This document shows positions 27,735 to 39,573 of a DNA stretch of 64,000 bases, one piece after another. Made by a program: the position numbers and the translations under genes. The DNA comes from a virus (Duplodnaviria > Caudoviricetes). Each line of letters starts with the position of its first letter. Within the stretch, counting starts at the first letter, position 1. Location of the stretch: the IMG/VR virus record IMGVR_UViG_3300035499_000522, positions 32,001-96,000 of that record. One strand, given 5' to 3'. The notes beneath the pieces are model-generated. The model was not told where the DNA came from and made no database searches. It was given only the letters and a program-made list of their open reading frames with translations.

Positions 27735-30086
27735 ATGGCAAATGTAGATTTAAAAGATGTCATTGAAGAAAGCTTTATACAATATAGTGGTGCAGTTCTC
27801 CAGTCAAGAGCATTGCTTGATGTAAGAGATTGTTTGAAGCCTTCCGCAAGACAAATTTTCTATTGCTTGTATACAGACAATTTTCTTCCATCTAAACCTT
27901 TCAAAAAGACGTTGAAGGCGATAGGCGCGATAGCTCGGTTATACATCCACGGAGATGCTTCCGCAGAAGGCGTAATAATGAGGGCTGGGCAGCCCTTTGC
28001 CATGCGTTACCCCCTTATGGAGATTGAAGGTAATGCGGGAAACCTTATTGAAACTGGTAACTGGGGTGCTCCAAGATATACTTCTTCAAGATTGTCAGAA
28101 GTATCAACTCAGCTATTTGAGGATGTAAATAAAAATACAATAGATGAATGGCGTGATAATTATGATGATACTGAAAAGTATCCATCAGTTCTCCCATCAA
28201 AAGGCTTCTATAACATTGTAAATGGTACACTGGGTATAGGCATTGGTGTAAGTAGTTCTATACCTCAGTTTAATTTACGTGAAGTTAATAATGCATTAGC
28301 AACATTACTTAAGCATCCAGATTGTGATTTTAATGATATTTATTGTATTCCAGATTTTGCAACAGGCGGATTCCTAATAAACGAACCTGAGGTAAAGGAA
28401 TCCTTGAAGAAAGGTACTGGTGCTGCCTGTGCACTTAGAGCAAAAATAGATTATGATAAAGGCGAACATACATTAAAAATTACAGAAATACCATATGGAG
28501 TATATACAAACACAATATGCGAAGAACTTGAAGCGATAATTGAAGATGGCTCTTGTCCTGATATAGACAAATTTATAGATTTAACAGGTGAGCAGCCGCT
28601 TATTGAAATATATTTAACACCTAACGCAAAAATAAACAAAGTAATTAGCTTCTTATATAAGAATACTTCATTGCAGTATTATTATGGCATTAATATGACA
28701 ATGCTTGATAATGGTAGATTCCCTAAAGTATATGGATGGCGGGAAGCCCTCCAAGCCCACATTAATCACGAAAAGAGCGTATATAGAAAAGGATTTGAAT
28801 TTGATTTAAACAAAATTAAAGAGAGAATCCATATTCTTGATGGTCTTTTGATTTGTTTGAATAATATTGATGCTGTTGTTAAGATTATTAAAGAATCAGT
28901 TTCAACAACAGAAGCTAAGATAGCATTACAGAATAAATTTAAATTGGATAGACCCCAAGTAGATGCTATCTTAAATATGAAACTTTCAAGATTGGCTCAT
29001 CTGGAAACTGAAAAGCTTATTAAGGAAAAGGAAGAGTTAGATAAAGAAGCTAAAAGGATTGAAGCTATTTTATCAAGTGAATCCGCTCTTAATAATGTAC
29101 TCATTCAAGGTTGGGAAGACGTAGCTAATAAGTATGGCGATGAAAGACGTACAAAAGTAATCACGATTGAAAAAGAGAAGGAAGAGGAAGAACTACCTGA
29201 ACCAGCAAAGGTAGTAGTAATACTTGAAGAATCAGGAAATATTAAGAGAGTTCCTTTAGTATCCTTTAAAATTAGCAAGAGAAATTCAAAGGGCATTAAG
29301 ACAAAAGAGGATACAATTATATCAACAATTTCTACTAATACTATTGACACATTAACACTGTTTACGGACAAAGGTAAGATGTATAGATATTCAGTAAATG
29401 ATATACCAGACGATACAAAAGGCGTTTCAATATATAATTTAATAGATTTTGCGGAAAATGAAAAAGTAATTGCGGCAACATCGCTTTATAGAAACTCTAA
29501 AGCTAAGTATGTAGTATTTATAACCAAAAATGGAATGATTAAGAAAACAGCTATTGAAGAATATGGTAATGGTAAAATGGGAAAAGGTATTACCGCCCTT
29601 AAATTATCATCAGGAGATAGTTTAGCAAATGTAACTTTCATAGATGATGAACAAATGATTGTTGTAAGTAAAAAGGGATACGCTATTAGATTTGAAACTA
29701 AAGGCATTGCACCTGTTGGTAGAGCTGCTCTTGGAGTAAAGGCAATAGGCTTAGTTGATAATGATGAAGTCCTTATAGGTATTCCTATCCATAAAGAAAG
29801 TGATGATTTAGCAACATTTACAGATAATGGTATAGCAAAGAAAACAGCATTAAGTGAGTTCCCAATTCAGCAAAGGGCGGGAAGAGGATTATTAACGTAT
29901 AAGGCTTCTGAATCAACAGGCAATCTTATAGGTGCGGCAACTGTAGATGCGGAAGACCATATAATCATTACTGGACAGCCAAATTCAACCTGCGTCGCCG
30001 CAAAAGAAATTCCATCTCTTGGAAGAGTTAGTATTGGCGTTAAAATGATTAAAGATAGCAAAGTATTATCAATCACTAAGATATAA
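27735..30086 (+). CDS. gyrA: Type IIA topoisomerase subunit A
   Basis: RALLDVRDCLKP, HGD, APRYT catalytic Tyr, C-terminal beta-pinwheel repeats. Confidence 0.92.
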   Translation: MANVDLKDVIEESFIQYSGAVLQSRALLDVRDCLKPSARQIFYCLYTDNFLPSKPFKKTLKAIGAIARLYIHGDASAEGVIMRAGQPFAMRYPLMEIEGNAGNLIETGNWGAPRYTSSRLSEVSTQLFEDVNKNTIDEWRDNYDDTEKYPSVLPSKGFYNIVNGTLGIGIGVSSSIPQFNLREVNNALATLLKHPDCDFNDIYCIPDFATGGFLINEPEVKESLKKGTGAACALRAKIDYDKGEHTLKITEIPYGVYTNTICEELEAIIEDGSCPDIDKFIDLTGEQPLIEIYLTPNAKINKVISFLYKNTSLQYYYGINMTMLDNGRFPKVYGWREALQAHINHEKSVYRKGFEFDLNKIKERIHILDGLLICLNNIDAVVKIIKESVSTTEAKIALQNKFKLDRPQVDAILNMKLSRLAHLETEKLIKEKEELDKEAKRIEAILSSESALNNVLIQGWEDVANKYGDERRTKVITIEKEKEEEELPEPAKVVVILEESGNIKRVPLVSFKISKRNSKGIKTKEDTIISTISTNTIDTLTLFTDKGKMYRYSVNDIPDDTKGVSIYNLIDFAENEKVIAATSLYRNSKAKYVVFITKNGMIKKTAIEEYGNGKMGKGITALKLSSGDSLANVTFIDDEQMIVVSKKGYAIRFETKGIAPVGRAALGVKAIGLVDNDEVLIGIPIHKESDDLATFTDNGIAKKTALSEFPIQQRAGRGLLTYKASESTGNLIGAATVDAEDHIIITGQPNSTCVAAKEIPSLGRVSIGVKMIKDSKVLSITKI

Positions 30087-30168
30087 CAATTTAATAAGGA
30101 GGGATAAATTCCCTCTTTATTTTTTAAAAAAATTATGATATAATAATTATAGAAAATAAAGAAAGGGA

Positions 30169-30582
30169 TTGATTGATATGGATAAATTAGCTATACAGAT
30201 TGGCGAATACCTTAAAGCTAAGGATGGAAAAGAAAATGTTATTGTAACTGATTTAATGTTAATTACTGGAAAAGAAAAAAGAGAAATAAATACAGTATTA
30301 GACTATATGCAATATGAAAAGAATTTTATTATAAGAAATACAGATTATATAGAAATTGGTAAAGATGTTAAGAATGGAATAACAACTTATAATGAAATAA
30401 AATATGTTTCTCTTACAGAAAAAGGTAGAAAATATTTTAAAGTTAAGAAAAATAAGAATAAGCAAACAGAATTTATTTCTTCTAATCGCAAGCCTATTTC
30501 TGAATTAGAAGAAGAGTTTAATAAATGTAATGGTTTTCGTATGCTAAGCGTTGATGGAAAAGGTTTTATGGAAAGGGATTGA
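30169..30582 (+). CDS. Putative winged-helix protein
   Basis: ...VSLTEKGRKYF wing motif. Confidence 0.55.
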   Translation: MIDMDKLAIQIGEYLKAKDGKENVIVTDLMLITGKEKREINTVLDYMQYEKNFIIRNTDYIEIGKDVKNGITTYNEIKYVSLTEKGRKYFKVKKNKNKQTEFISSNRKPISELEEEFNKCNGFRMLSVDGKGFMERD

Positions 30583-30587
30583 TTATT

Positions 30588-32531
30588 ATGGAAGAAAAAA
30601 TGAAACAACTTATTAATGAACTTAACAATTATACAGAACTATATGATAAAGGTACTCCTATAATTTCAGATAAAGAATATGATGAAAAATATTTTGAATT
30701 GAAAGAATTAGAAGAGAGTACAGGAATCGCCTTACCAAATTCCCCCACTCAAAAAATTTCTTATACTGTTGTAAACGAACTTACAAAAGTAAAACATGGT
30801 CATAAGATGCTCTCACTCGACAAGACAAAAAATATAGAGGATTTAAGCAAGTTTATAAATCATAAAGATGTTATTTTCATGGCTAAAATGGACGGTTTAA
30901 CTTGTAGTCTTTTGTATCAGAATGGAAAGTTAGTAAGAGCGGAAACTCGTGGTAATGGAGAAGTGGGAGAAGATATTACACATAATGCCATGATTATACC
31001 TTCTATTCCTAAAACTATTAGCAACAAAGAAAAAACTATTGTAGATGGTGAAATAATTTGTACTTATAAAAATTTTGAACCTTTTTCTTCCCAGTATAAA
31101 CATCCTCGTAATTTTGCATCTGGTTCTATTAGACTGCTTGATTCTAAAGAATGTGCTAATAGAAATCTTACTTTTGTAGCTTGGGATTTAATAACTAATA
31201 TACCAAATGATGTAGAACAAACTTTATCAAACAAATTGATGTATTTATACGCATTAAATTTTGTAACTGTACCATTTATTTATCTTAAAGATATTGATAC
31301 TATTGATAACATAATTACTCATATTACAGATACTTGCAAAGAACTTTCTTATCCAATAGATGGAATTGTAATTAAGTATAATGATTGTGAATATTACAAA
31401 TCTTTGGGTGAAACAAATCATCATAGCCGTGGCGGAATTGCTTACAAATTTTATGATGAAGAATATGAAACTCGTTTGTTAGACATAGAATGGAGCATGG
31501 GAAGAACAGGTATTCTTACTCCAGTAGCTATATTTGAGCCTGTTGAAATTGATGGCACAATTGTACAGAGAGCGAGTCTCCATAACATTAGTGTTATGAA
31601 AAATATATATCCCGAAGAATGGAATGATGCACTTGCAGTAACGGTTTATAAATCAAATCAAATAATACCTCAAATAAGCAGTGCTTTTCATAAGTATGAT
31701 TGTTGTGCAAAAAGATTTACTATTCCTCATTTTTGTCCAATTTGCAGAAAAGAAACAGAGATAACGCAAGATAATGATAGCGAAGTATTATACTGTATAA
31801 ATCCTCATTGCGATGGAAAATTTATCAATATACTCGACCATTTCTTTGGAAAGAGCGGACTTGATGTAAAAGGTTTATCAAAGGCAACATTTGAAAAGCT
31901 TATTGATTGGGGATACATTGGAAATATAAAAGAAGTATTTAGTCTTTCTACCTTTAAAGTTGAATGGATTTCAAAAGCAGGATTTGGAGAAAAATCTGTA
32001 AATAAGATTTTGGATTCAATAGAAGCAGCAAGACATACAACATTAGACAAAGTAATATCTGCGGCAGGTATCCCCCTTATTGGTAAGTCAGTAGCAAAAG
32101 ATTTAGCAAATTATTTTAAAACTTATGAAGCATTTAGAGAAGCAAAGGATTTCACACATTTGCCCAATTTTGGATATGAGATGAACAAAAGTTTAACTAC
32201 ATATAACTACACAGAATTAGATGATATTGTAAAAAACTATTTAATACTTGATTATAATGAAGGCACTCAGGAACCCACACCCGCAATTGATTTAACTGAT
32301 TATACCTTTTGTGTTACAGGCAAACTTGTAAGTATCAAAAGAGAAGAGTTAAAAAATAGAATTGAAGCGGCAGGTGGTAAAGTTACTGGCTCTGTGTCTT
32401 CAAAAACGGACTACTTAATTAATAATGATATTAATAGCACTTCATCAAAAAACGTAACAGCTCAGCGACTTGGCGTTCCTATAATTACTGAAAGCGAATT
32501 TGCTAATATGTTTCCCAATTTGATTAATTGA
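30588..32531 (+). CDS. ligA: NAD-dependent DNA ligase
   Basis: MLSLDK, KMDG, TRGNG, DGIVIK, Zn finger, BRCT. Confidence 0.95.
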   Translation: MEEKMKQLINELNNYTELYDKGTPIISDKEYDEKYFELKELEESTGIALPNSPTQKISYTVVNELTKVKHGHKMLSLDKTKNIEDLSKFINHKDVIFMAKMDGLTCSLLYQNGKLVRAETRGNGEVGEDITHNAMIIPSIPKTISNKEKTIVDGEIICTYKNFEPFSSQYKHPRNFASGSIRLLDSKECANRNLTFVAWDLITNIPNDVEQTLSNKLMYLYALNFVTVPFIYLKDIDTIDNIITHITDTCKELSYPIDGIVIKYNDCEYYKSLGETNHHSRGGIAYKFYDEEYETRLLDIEWSMGRTGILTPVAIFEPVEIDGTIVQRASLHNISVMKNIYPEEWNDALAVTVYKSNQIIPQISSAFHKYDCCAKRFTIPHFCPICRKETEITQDNDSEVLYCINPHCDGKFINILDHFFGKSGLDVKGLSKATFEKLIDWGYIGNIKEVFSLSTFKVEWISKAGFGEKSVNKILDSIEAARHTTLDKVISAAGIPLIGKSVAKDLANYFKTYEAFREAKDFTHLPNFGYEMNKSLTTYNYTELDDIVKNYLILDYNEGTQEPTPAIDLTDYTFCVTGKLVSIKREELKNRIEAAGGKVTGSVSSKTDYLINNDINSTSSKNVTAQRLGVPIITESEFANMFPNLIN

Positions 32532-32570
32532 AAAATTTTTGATATAATATATATACAGAAAGGTTAATAA

Positions 32571-32771
32571 ATGAACAATAAAAAGCTTAAAGTAGTTGCT
32601 GAAAGAATAGCGGAACTTGAATATAAATATTCAATATCTGCTTCACAAGAGGAAAAAGACAAGATTGAAAGAAATATTGCTAGTATAGTAGGAAACTATA
32701 GTATGGCGGATATGCTTGAATTAGATGATTATATACAAAGCAATTATATTGACAAAATAAAAAATATTTGA
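32571..32771 (+). CDS. Hypothetical protein
   Basis: Promoter plus RBS. Confidence 0.6.
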   Translation: MNNKKLKVVAERIAELEYKYSISASQEEKDKIERNIASIVGNYSMADMLELDDYIQSNYIDKIKNI

Positions 32772-32861
32772 TATAATATATATGTAATAAAAAAGATGAA
32801 AAAATTACATCTTTTAAAATAAAAACAAATTATATAAAATTAAAAGGAGAAATTATTTATT

Positions 32862-33140
32862 ATGCTTAAGGATAATGCAAAGACAGTATTTAATTATGTA
32901 AAGGATATGGATGGTAAGAACATCACAGCAACAGATATTTCTGAGGCTACAGGTCTTGAGGTAAGAAGTGTAAATGGTATTGTTACTTCTGCTTTTTAGA
33001 AGAAGGGCTTGATGGAGAGAATCCCAGCTGAGATTGAACTTGATGATGGTTCTCATAAGGCTGTAAAGTTTATTAGACTTACAGAAGCTGGTAAGTCTTT
33101 CGATCCTGATGCAGAAGACGTTCCCGCAAAGGACGAGTAA
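32862..33140 (+). CDS. Winged-helix DNA-binding protein (one TAG), missed by the ORF track
   Basis: AAGGAG RBS, ITATDISEATGLEVRSVNGIVTSAF(Q)KKGL...RLTEAGK. Confidence 0.8.
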
Positions 33141-33213
33141 TAGCTGTTACTTAATATAGATTTTAGGGAATAGGTTACATAATCTATTCCCTTTTTCTTA
33201 GAGGAATAAATGT

Positions 33214-34098
33214 ATGAGTAATTTTTTAATAACAATAATAATAGTTGATATATTGGTATTTACTGTTACATATGGTATATATACTTATTTGTTTTTAAAA
33301 CAACGAAAAAAGCAGAGAGAAATATATAGTAAATTAGAAATAGATATTGATATATTAGAACATAAAAAAGAAAATTTAAATCAAGAAATAGAAGAAAGAC
33401 AAGAATAGCTTAATGCGGCAATTGAAGAATTAACAATATAGAGAGAGCAAAAGAAACAAGAATTTAAAGAAAAATGTGAACAAGATTATTAGGATATAAA
33501 GGATAATTATGATTATAGTGTTGCGAAAATAAATGAATAGATATCTGCGGCAGAGAATAAACTACGGAAGATATAGGATACACTTAATGCAGCAACCGCC
33601 GCACAAACTAGGGCTTAGGAAATAAAAGATAATAAAAGTTTTTATTGCTTACCTTTATCTATTGAGGATTAGAATGATATTCAAGTATTAGAAAGAGTTA
33701 AGAAGCAATTAAATAAGCCAAGAATTCTAAGTATGTTAATTTGGTCTACTTATTTTCAAAAGCCAATGAATACATTATGTAATAATATTTTAGGAACTAA
33801 AGAAGTAACTGGTATATATAAAATTACTAATTAGTTAAATAATAAATGCTATATAGGTTAGAGTGTTGATATAAGTACTCGTTTTAAAAATCACGCAAAG
33901 TGCGGCTTGGGTATAGACACGCCGCCCGGCAATAAACTTTATCAAGCTATACAGGAAGATGGCATATAGAATTTCTCTTGGGAACTTTTGGAAGAGTGCA
34001 GTAAAGACGAATTAAATGAAAAAGAAATGTTTTATATAGAATTATATTAGGCAAAAGAATTTGGTTATAATACTTTGAAAGGTGTGAATAGTAAATGA
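33214..34098 (+). CDS. TM plus coiled-coil plus C-terminal GIY-YIG protein with many TAGs
   Basis: N-terminal hydrophobic helix, GIYKITN(Q)LNNKCYIG(Q)SVDI, GYN. TGA overlaps the next ATG. Confidence 0.8.
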
Positions 34099-34931
34099 AA
34101 TTTGAAAGAACTCTTGTATCTGGGTTTGAGGGAGCAATAAGAGGTATGCGGAATCCGCTTGAAAGCTGGTCCCGCTCTGATAGCAGATTTGGATTTATAG
34201 ATAATAATTATGATACTAAAGCAGTTAATTATAGATTAAAAGATGCAGCAGAAGCTTGGTTTACTTATAATGAATCATTAAGAGAAAATATTAAAAACTT
34301 TAAAGAAAAATCTATATCAGATTATGAATCTTGGCTTTCTTATAATAATGAAGTTGGATTTGATTTTGATAATAATATAGAATAGTTTGTATATATTGGG
34401 CCGCATGATATGCGGCTTATGCAAAGACTTATAAAAGCTGGCGGAGAACATCGTAAATTCATGCGGCAGATACAAGTTTCTGTCGATATTACCGCCCCAT
34501 TGTATTGGTGGAAGGAAGCTGATACCTATCGCGTTGGGGTAACAACAAACTCAACTTCTACAATGCACAAACTTGCAACTACTCCCATTACTATTGATTG
34601 CTTTGAAACAGATGATTATACAGGAAAATGTCTCTATTTAGGATATATAGAAGAATCTAATTCTGTTGATTTTTCTATAACATCTTATATTAGTTTTTTA
34701 GAAAGACTTCGTCTTGAATATCTTAAAACTAAAGATAAAAAATATTGGAAAGAATTAATAAGATGGCTTCCGGAATCTTGGCTTCAAACTCGTACTGTAA
34801 CTATGAACTATGAAAATATATATTCTATGGTTAAACAAAGAAAAAATCATAAACTCACTGAATGGAGCGAAAGCTTTATGGATTGGGTAGAATTACTTCC
34901 TTATGCTAATGAACTTTTGTTTTTAGAATAA
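34095..34931 (+). CDS. ThyX-like protein (one TAG at 34383)
   Basis: AIRGMRNP..SW, HRKFMRQI.V.VDITAPLYWWKE.DTY, STMHKL, R.NHKL.EW. Confidence 0.65.
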
Positions 34932-34996
34932 TTATTGAATTTTATAAAAAATAATGATATAATTATTATAGAAAATAAAAAAAGAGGTAATTTAAT

Positions 34997-35347
34997 ATGA
35001 CTAACAAAGATAAGTTTATTGAAGAAGTAGAAAACCTGATAACAGAAAGCGGAAAGAACCTTTCTGATGAAGCTTACTCTTATTTTGAATCTATAAAGCA
35101 TAAAGTTGGTACTGAAAAGCTTACAGAAAATGGAACAAAAGTTTTAAAGTATATGGCGGAGAACAAAGACAATTTCAGTAATGTATTTAAAGCTATTGAC
35201 ATTGGAGATGGAATTACAATGACTGGTAGAGCAGTATCTGGTGCTATGAGAAAGCTTATTGAATCTGGATATGTGAAGAAAGATGCAACCACCGCACCAG
35301 TTACTTATAGTATTACAGATTTTGGAGTAGAAAAAGCATTGAGTTGA
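34997..35347 (+). CDS. Winged-helix DNA-binding protein
   Basis: GRAVSGAMRKLIESGYV...YSITDFG. Confidence 0.75.
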   Translation: MTNKDKFIEEVENLITESGKNLSDEAYSYFESIKHKVGTEKLTENGTKVLKYMAENKDNFSNVFKAIDIGDGITMTGRAVSGAMRKLIESGYVKKDATTAPVTYSITDFGVEKALS

Positions 35348-35424
35348 AACAATAAAAATTTTATGTTATAATATTTATATAGTGTTTTTGATTTTTTAAA
35401 AAAAATTTAAGGAGAAAATTATTT

Positions 35425-36378
35425 ATGAAGAAAATGGTAAATGAAGCAACTTATGAAGGTAGAGTTTTTCAGCACAAGCTTGTAAAGAAGACAGTATCAA
35501 ATCAGTCTTCTAAAAATTTTGGTAAGGAATTTATTTCTGGTACTCTTGATATTGCAACTGATGATGCAGGACTTAATGTAGTACAGGTTCATTATACTTA
35601 TGTAACTGCTACAACTAATGCAGGTAGCGAAAATAGAACATTCACTGCACTTTCAAAGATTATGGATGGTCCTACTTGGGTAGAGAATGGTAAGGACGAA
35701 GCAATGAAAATAAAGGCAACAACCGCTATTGGTCTTAACGAATTTTATTCTTCAAGAGACAATCAGATTGTTTCTCAGATGATTAATGAAGGCGGTTTCA
35801 TTAATATTATTAATTCTCTTTCTGAGGAAAAGGAAAATAAGAGAAATAAGTTTATTGTTGATATGCTTATCACAAAGGCAACAAGAGTTGAAGCAGACCC
35901 CGAGAAGAATATTGATAAGGATTATCTTAATCTTCGTGGTGTAATCTTTAACTTTAGAAATGCAATTCTTCCTATTACTCTTAAAGTAACTAATGAAAAG
36001 GGTATTGAAGATTTTGAAAGTCTTGATGTTTCTTCTTCTAATCCTTATTTCATTAAGGTATGGGGTAAAAATGTAAATACAACAGTTACAATTACTAAGG
36101 AAGTTGATGCTTCTGATTGGGGCGAAGCTTATGTAGATACTCAGGAAAGAAATGTTAGAGATTGGGTAATCTCAGGTAGAGCGGCAGTTCCTTATGAGTT
36201 TGGTGAAGAGGGAGTTCTTACAACAGATGAACTTACAAAGGCTCAGCAGGACAGAGAGCTTGTTCTTGCGGAAATCAAGAAGAGAAATGAAGAATACAAT
36301 GCTTCTAAGGGCGAAACGGTAGCACCTGCTCCAGCAAAGGCAATTGCCCCTAAAGCAACAAGCGAATTTAATTTCTAA
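35425..36378 (+). CDS. Probable ssDNA-binding protein
   Basis: Beta-rich, flexible tail ending in F, directly upstream of the Sak4-like ATPase (context-based). Confidence 0.55.
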   Translation: MKKMVNEATYEGRVFQHKLVKKTVSNQSSKNFGKEFISGTLDIATDDAGLNVVQVHYTYVTATTNAGSENRTFTALSKIMDGPTWVENGKDEAMKIKATTAIGLNEFYSSRDNQIVSQMINEGGFINIINSLSEEKENKRNKFIVDMLITKATRVEADPEKNIDKDYLNLRGVIFNFRNAILPITLKVTNEKGIEDFESLDVSSSNPYFIKVWGKNVNTTVTITKEVDASDWGEAYVDTQERNVRDWVISGRAAVPYEFGEEGVLTTDELTKAQQDRELVLAEIKKRNEEYNASKGETVAPAPAKAIAPKATSEFNF

Positions 36379-36399
36379 TTAAGATAGGAGGACAAATAA

Positions 36400-37416
36400 A
36401 TGGGAATTAATCTTATGGCTCTTGAGCCTCATAAAGTATCCCGTGATTTAAGCGGCTACATAACTTATGTGTACGGTCCTCCAAAGGTAGGAAAGACAAC
36501 GCTTGGCTCTCAGATGCCAAGCCCTCTTCTCCTAGCTTGTGAGAAGGGATATAATGCAATACCGGGAATTATTGCGTAGGATATAACTTCTTGGAGAGAT
36601 ATTAGAGATGTTTTAAGAGAACTCAAGAAACCCGAAGTTAAAGAAAAGTTTGCTACAATTATCATTGATACAGTAGATATCGCAGCGGTTTATTGCGAAA
36701 AATATGTATGTGCTCAAGCAGAAGTTGATTCCATTTCACAGATTCCTTATGGACAGGGATGGAACAAACTTAAAAAGGAATTTGAAGAAGTTTTCCGTAC
36801 TATGACGCAGCTTGGGTATGCAGTATATTTTATTTCACATTCTAAAGAAGGTACTTTCAAAAGACAGGATGGTACAGAATATACACAGATTAAGCCTTCT
36901 GTAACTACTACGTATAATAGTATTATAGAGAATATGGCTGACCTGTATGGATATATGCATCCAGTATATGAAGATGGACAGTCAAAAGTAAAAATGACTT
37001 TACGTTCACTGGATGGTTCAATTGCGGCAGGCGGTAGATTTAAATATATTGCCCCAGAAATTGATTCAAGCTATGATTCACTTGTTAAGGCATTAAATGA
37101 TGCAATAGATGAAGAAGCTAAACTTACAAATAATGCTTATGTAACAGATGAAAGAGAAAAAGCTCCAAACATTACAGTTCTTGATTTTGATGAACTATTA
37201 AACAAATTTAATTCTATTCTTAGCAATATTGTTAATACACATTCAGAAGAAGAATTCAATTCATATTACGCTCCACGAATTACACAAATTACAGATAAAT
37301 ACCTTGGTAAAGGAAAGAAAGTTAGCGGCTGCTCCCGTGACCAAGTTGAGATGCTTAGTTTGATAGTTTCTGACCTCGAAGAACTTGAAGAAAAATCTAA
37401 AGTAAGTGCTCAGTAA
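36400..37416 (+). CDS. AAA_24/Sak4-like ATPase (one TAG at 36577)
   Basis: YGPPKVGKTT, TIIIDTVD, FISHS. Confidence 0.85.
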
Positions 37417-37514
37417 TAAAGAGTTAAGAGTCAAGAGGAAGAATTATCTTTCTCTTGATTTTTTTAATAAAATATGTTATAATAAATATATAATAAAGAA
37501 AAAGGTGTTATAAG

Positions 37515-38039
37515 ATGGCGGCAAAGCATATAGTTAAATGTAAAATATGCGGAAAAGAGTTTGATTTAAATTCTGAACAAGGCGTAAAATGTGGGGCAAG
37601 GAGATATGCTCATCAAGCTTGTTATCCAGAAGGAGAATTAGTTGAAATGGCTTCTCAAAAAGACCCAGATTTAGTAGCACTTGAACAATATATAATGAAG
37701 CTATTTGACGATGATTATATAAGCCCAAGAGTTAGAAAACAAATAGAAACTTACAGAAAAGAATATAACTATACATATAGTGGAATATTAAAAAGCTTAA
37801 TATGGTTTTATGAAATAAAAGGCAATTCAAAAGAAGAAGCAAATCACGGCATAGGTATTGTACCATATATTTATTAGGAATCATACAACTATTATTATAA
37901 TATATTCTTAGCACAAAAGGCAAACGAAGATAAAGATGTAAACTACTTTAAGTCAACGATAAGAAGCATCATTATTCCATCGCCGCACGCAGAAACTAAA
38001 AAACCTAAAATGTTTAATATTGATAGTATGGAGGATTAA
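37515..38039 (+). CDS. Zn-finger protein preceding the helicase (one TAG)
   Basis: CKIC...H..C, GIGIVPYIY(Q)E, ends 2 nt before the helicase ATG. Confidence 0.75.
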
Positions 38040-38041
38040 TA

Positions 38042-39571
38042 ATGGCTAAAGAAAAATATATTGATATTCCTGCTATTGTACAGTTAATTGGCGGAGTTTA
38101 TTTAAATAATTCAGTATTAGATAATTCTCATTATTTTTTTGATGAGGATGATTTTACAGAAAGATTTCATAAGATTCTTTTTGGTACTATCTATAATTTG
38201 CATAATTTAGGTGTCACTAAAATAGATATAATAGCAATTGAAGATTATTTACAGCAAAGACCAGAAGCATATGGCGTTTATCAGTCTAATAAAGGTAGAG
38301 AATACATTCAGAAGTTGGAAGAGAATACACAGGTCGCCGCATTTGATTATTACTATGGCAGAGTTAAAAAAATGACTTTGTTTAGAATGTACGAAAAAGC
38401 TGGAATTAATTTGTCTTGGCTTTATGATATAGATAATATATTAGACACAAAAAAGAAACAAGCACAAGAAGATTGGTTAGATAGTCATTCTCTTGAAGAA
38501 ATAGCAGATATAATAGATAGTAGAATTTCTTAGGTTAGAAGTAAATACGTTGATAATTCTATTGAAAATGCTGGTCAGGCGGGAGACGACATATTTGAAT
38601 TAATTGAAGATTTTAAAGCCAAGCCTGAATTTGGTATTCCTCTTTATGGTAAATATATAAATACTATAACAAGAGGTGCAAGGCTTTCCAAAGTATATAT
38701 GCGGTCTGCCGCTACAGGACTCGGTAAAACTCGTACAATGATTGCTGATGCTTGTACTTTTGCTTGCGATACAATATTTGATTTAACTGAATATAAATGG
38801 GTATCAAATGGTACAAAAGAACCAACAGTTTATATAACAACAGAACAAGATAAAAAAGAAATTCAATCAATGATGTTAGCTTTTGTTTCCGCAGTAGATG
38901 AAGAACATATTCTCACTGGTAAATATGAAAATGATGAATATGAAAGAGTAAAATATGCGGCAAAGATACTACAAGATTCTCCACTTTATATAGAAATGCT
39001 TCCAGACTTTTCAATGCAAGATATTGAAAATTGCATTAAAAGAAATATTCAACTTAAAAATGTAAAATATATTTGTTATGACTATATTCACACTTCTATG
39101 AAAATTCTTAGCGAAATATCTTCTAAAACTGGCGTTAAAGGATTGCGAGAAGATAATATCTTATTTATGATAGGAGTAAGATTAAAAGATATAGCAATGC
39201 AATATGGAGTATTTATTATCACATCAACTCAGCTAAATGGCGGCTATGTCGAAGCTAAAGTATTTGACCAAAATCTTTTGAGAGGTGCAAAGAGTCTTGG
39301 AGATAAAATTGATGTGGGAATGATTATGCTTAGAGTCGAAGAAGAGGAAAAAGAAGCTCTGGGTCCAATAATCAGAAAAGGTGGATTTGAGATGCCAGAT
39401 ATAAAGATTTCAGTGTATAAAAACCGTAGAAGTAGATATGAACATATTTTAATATGGTGTAAAAGTAACAGAGGAATTTGTAGAATTGACCCACTCTTTG
39501 TAACTGGTTATAATTATGACTTTATTCCTATTGAAGATACACAAATAAAAGTTGTAGAAAGTAGTAATTAA
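38042..39571 (+). CDS. dnaB: DnaB-like replicative helicase (one TAG at 38531)
   Basis: RGAR...SAATGLGKTR, DYIH, TQLN. The two ORF fragments are in frame. Confidence 0.88.
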
Positions 39572-39573
39572 TT

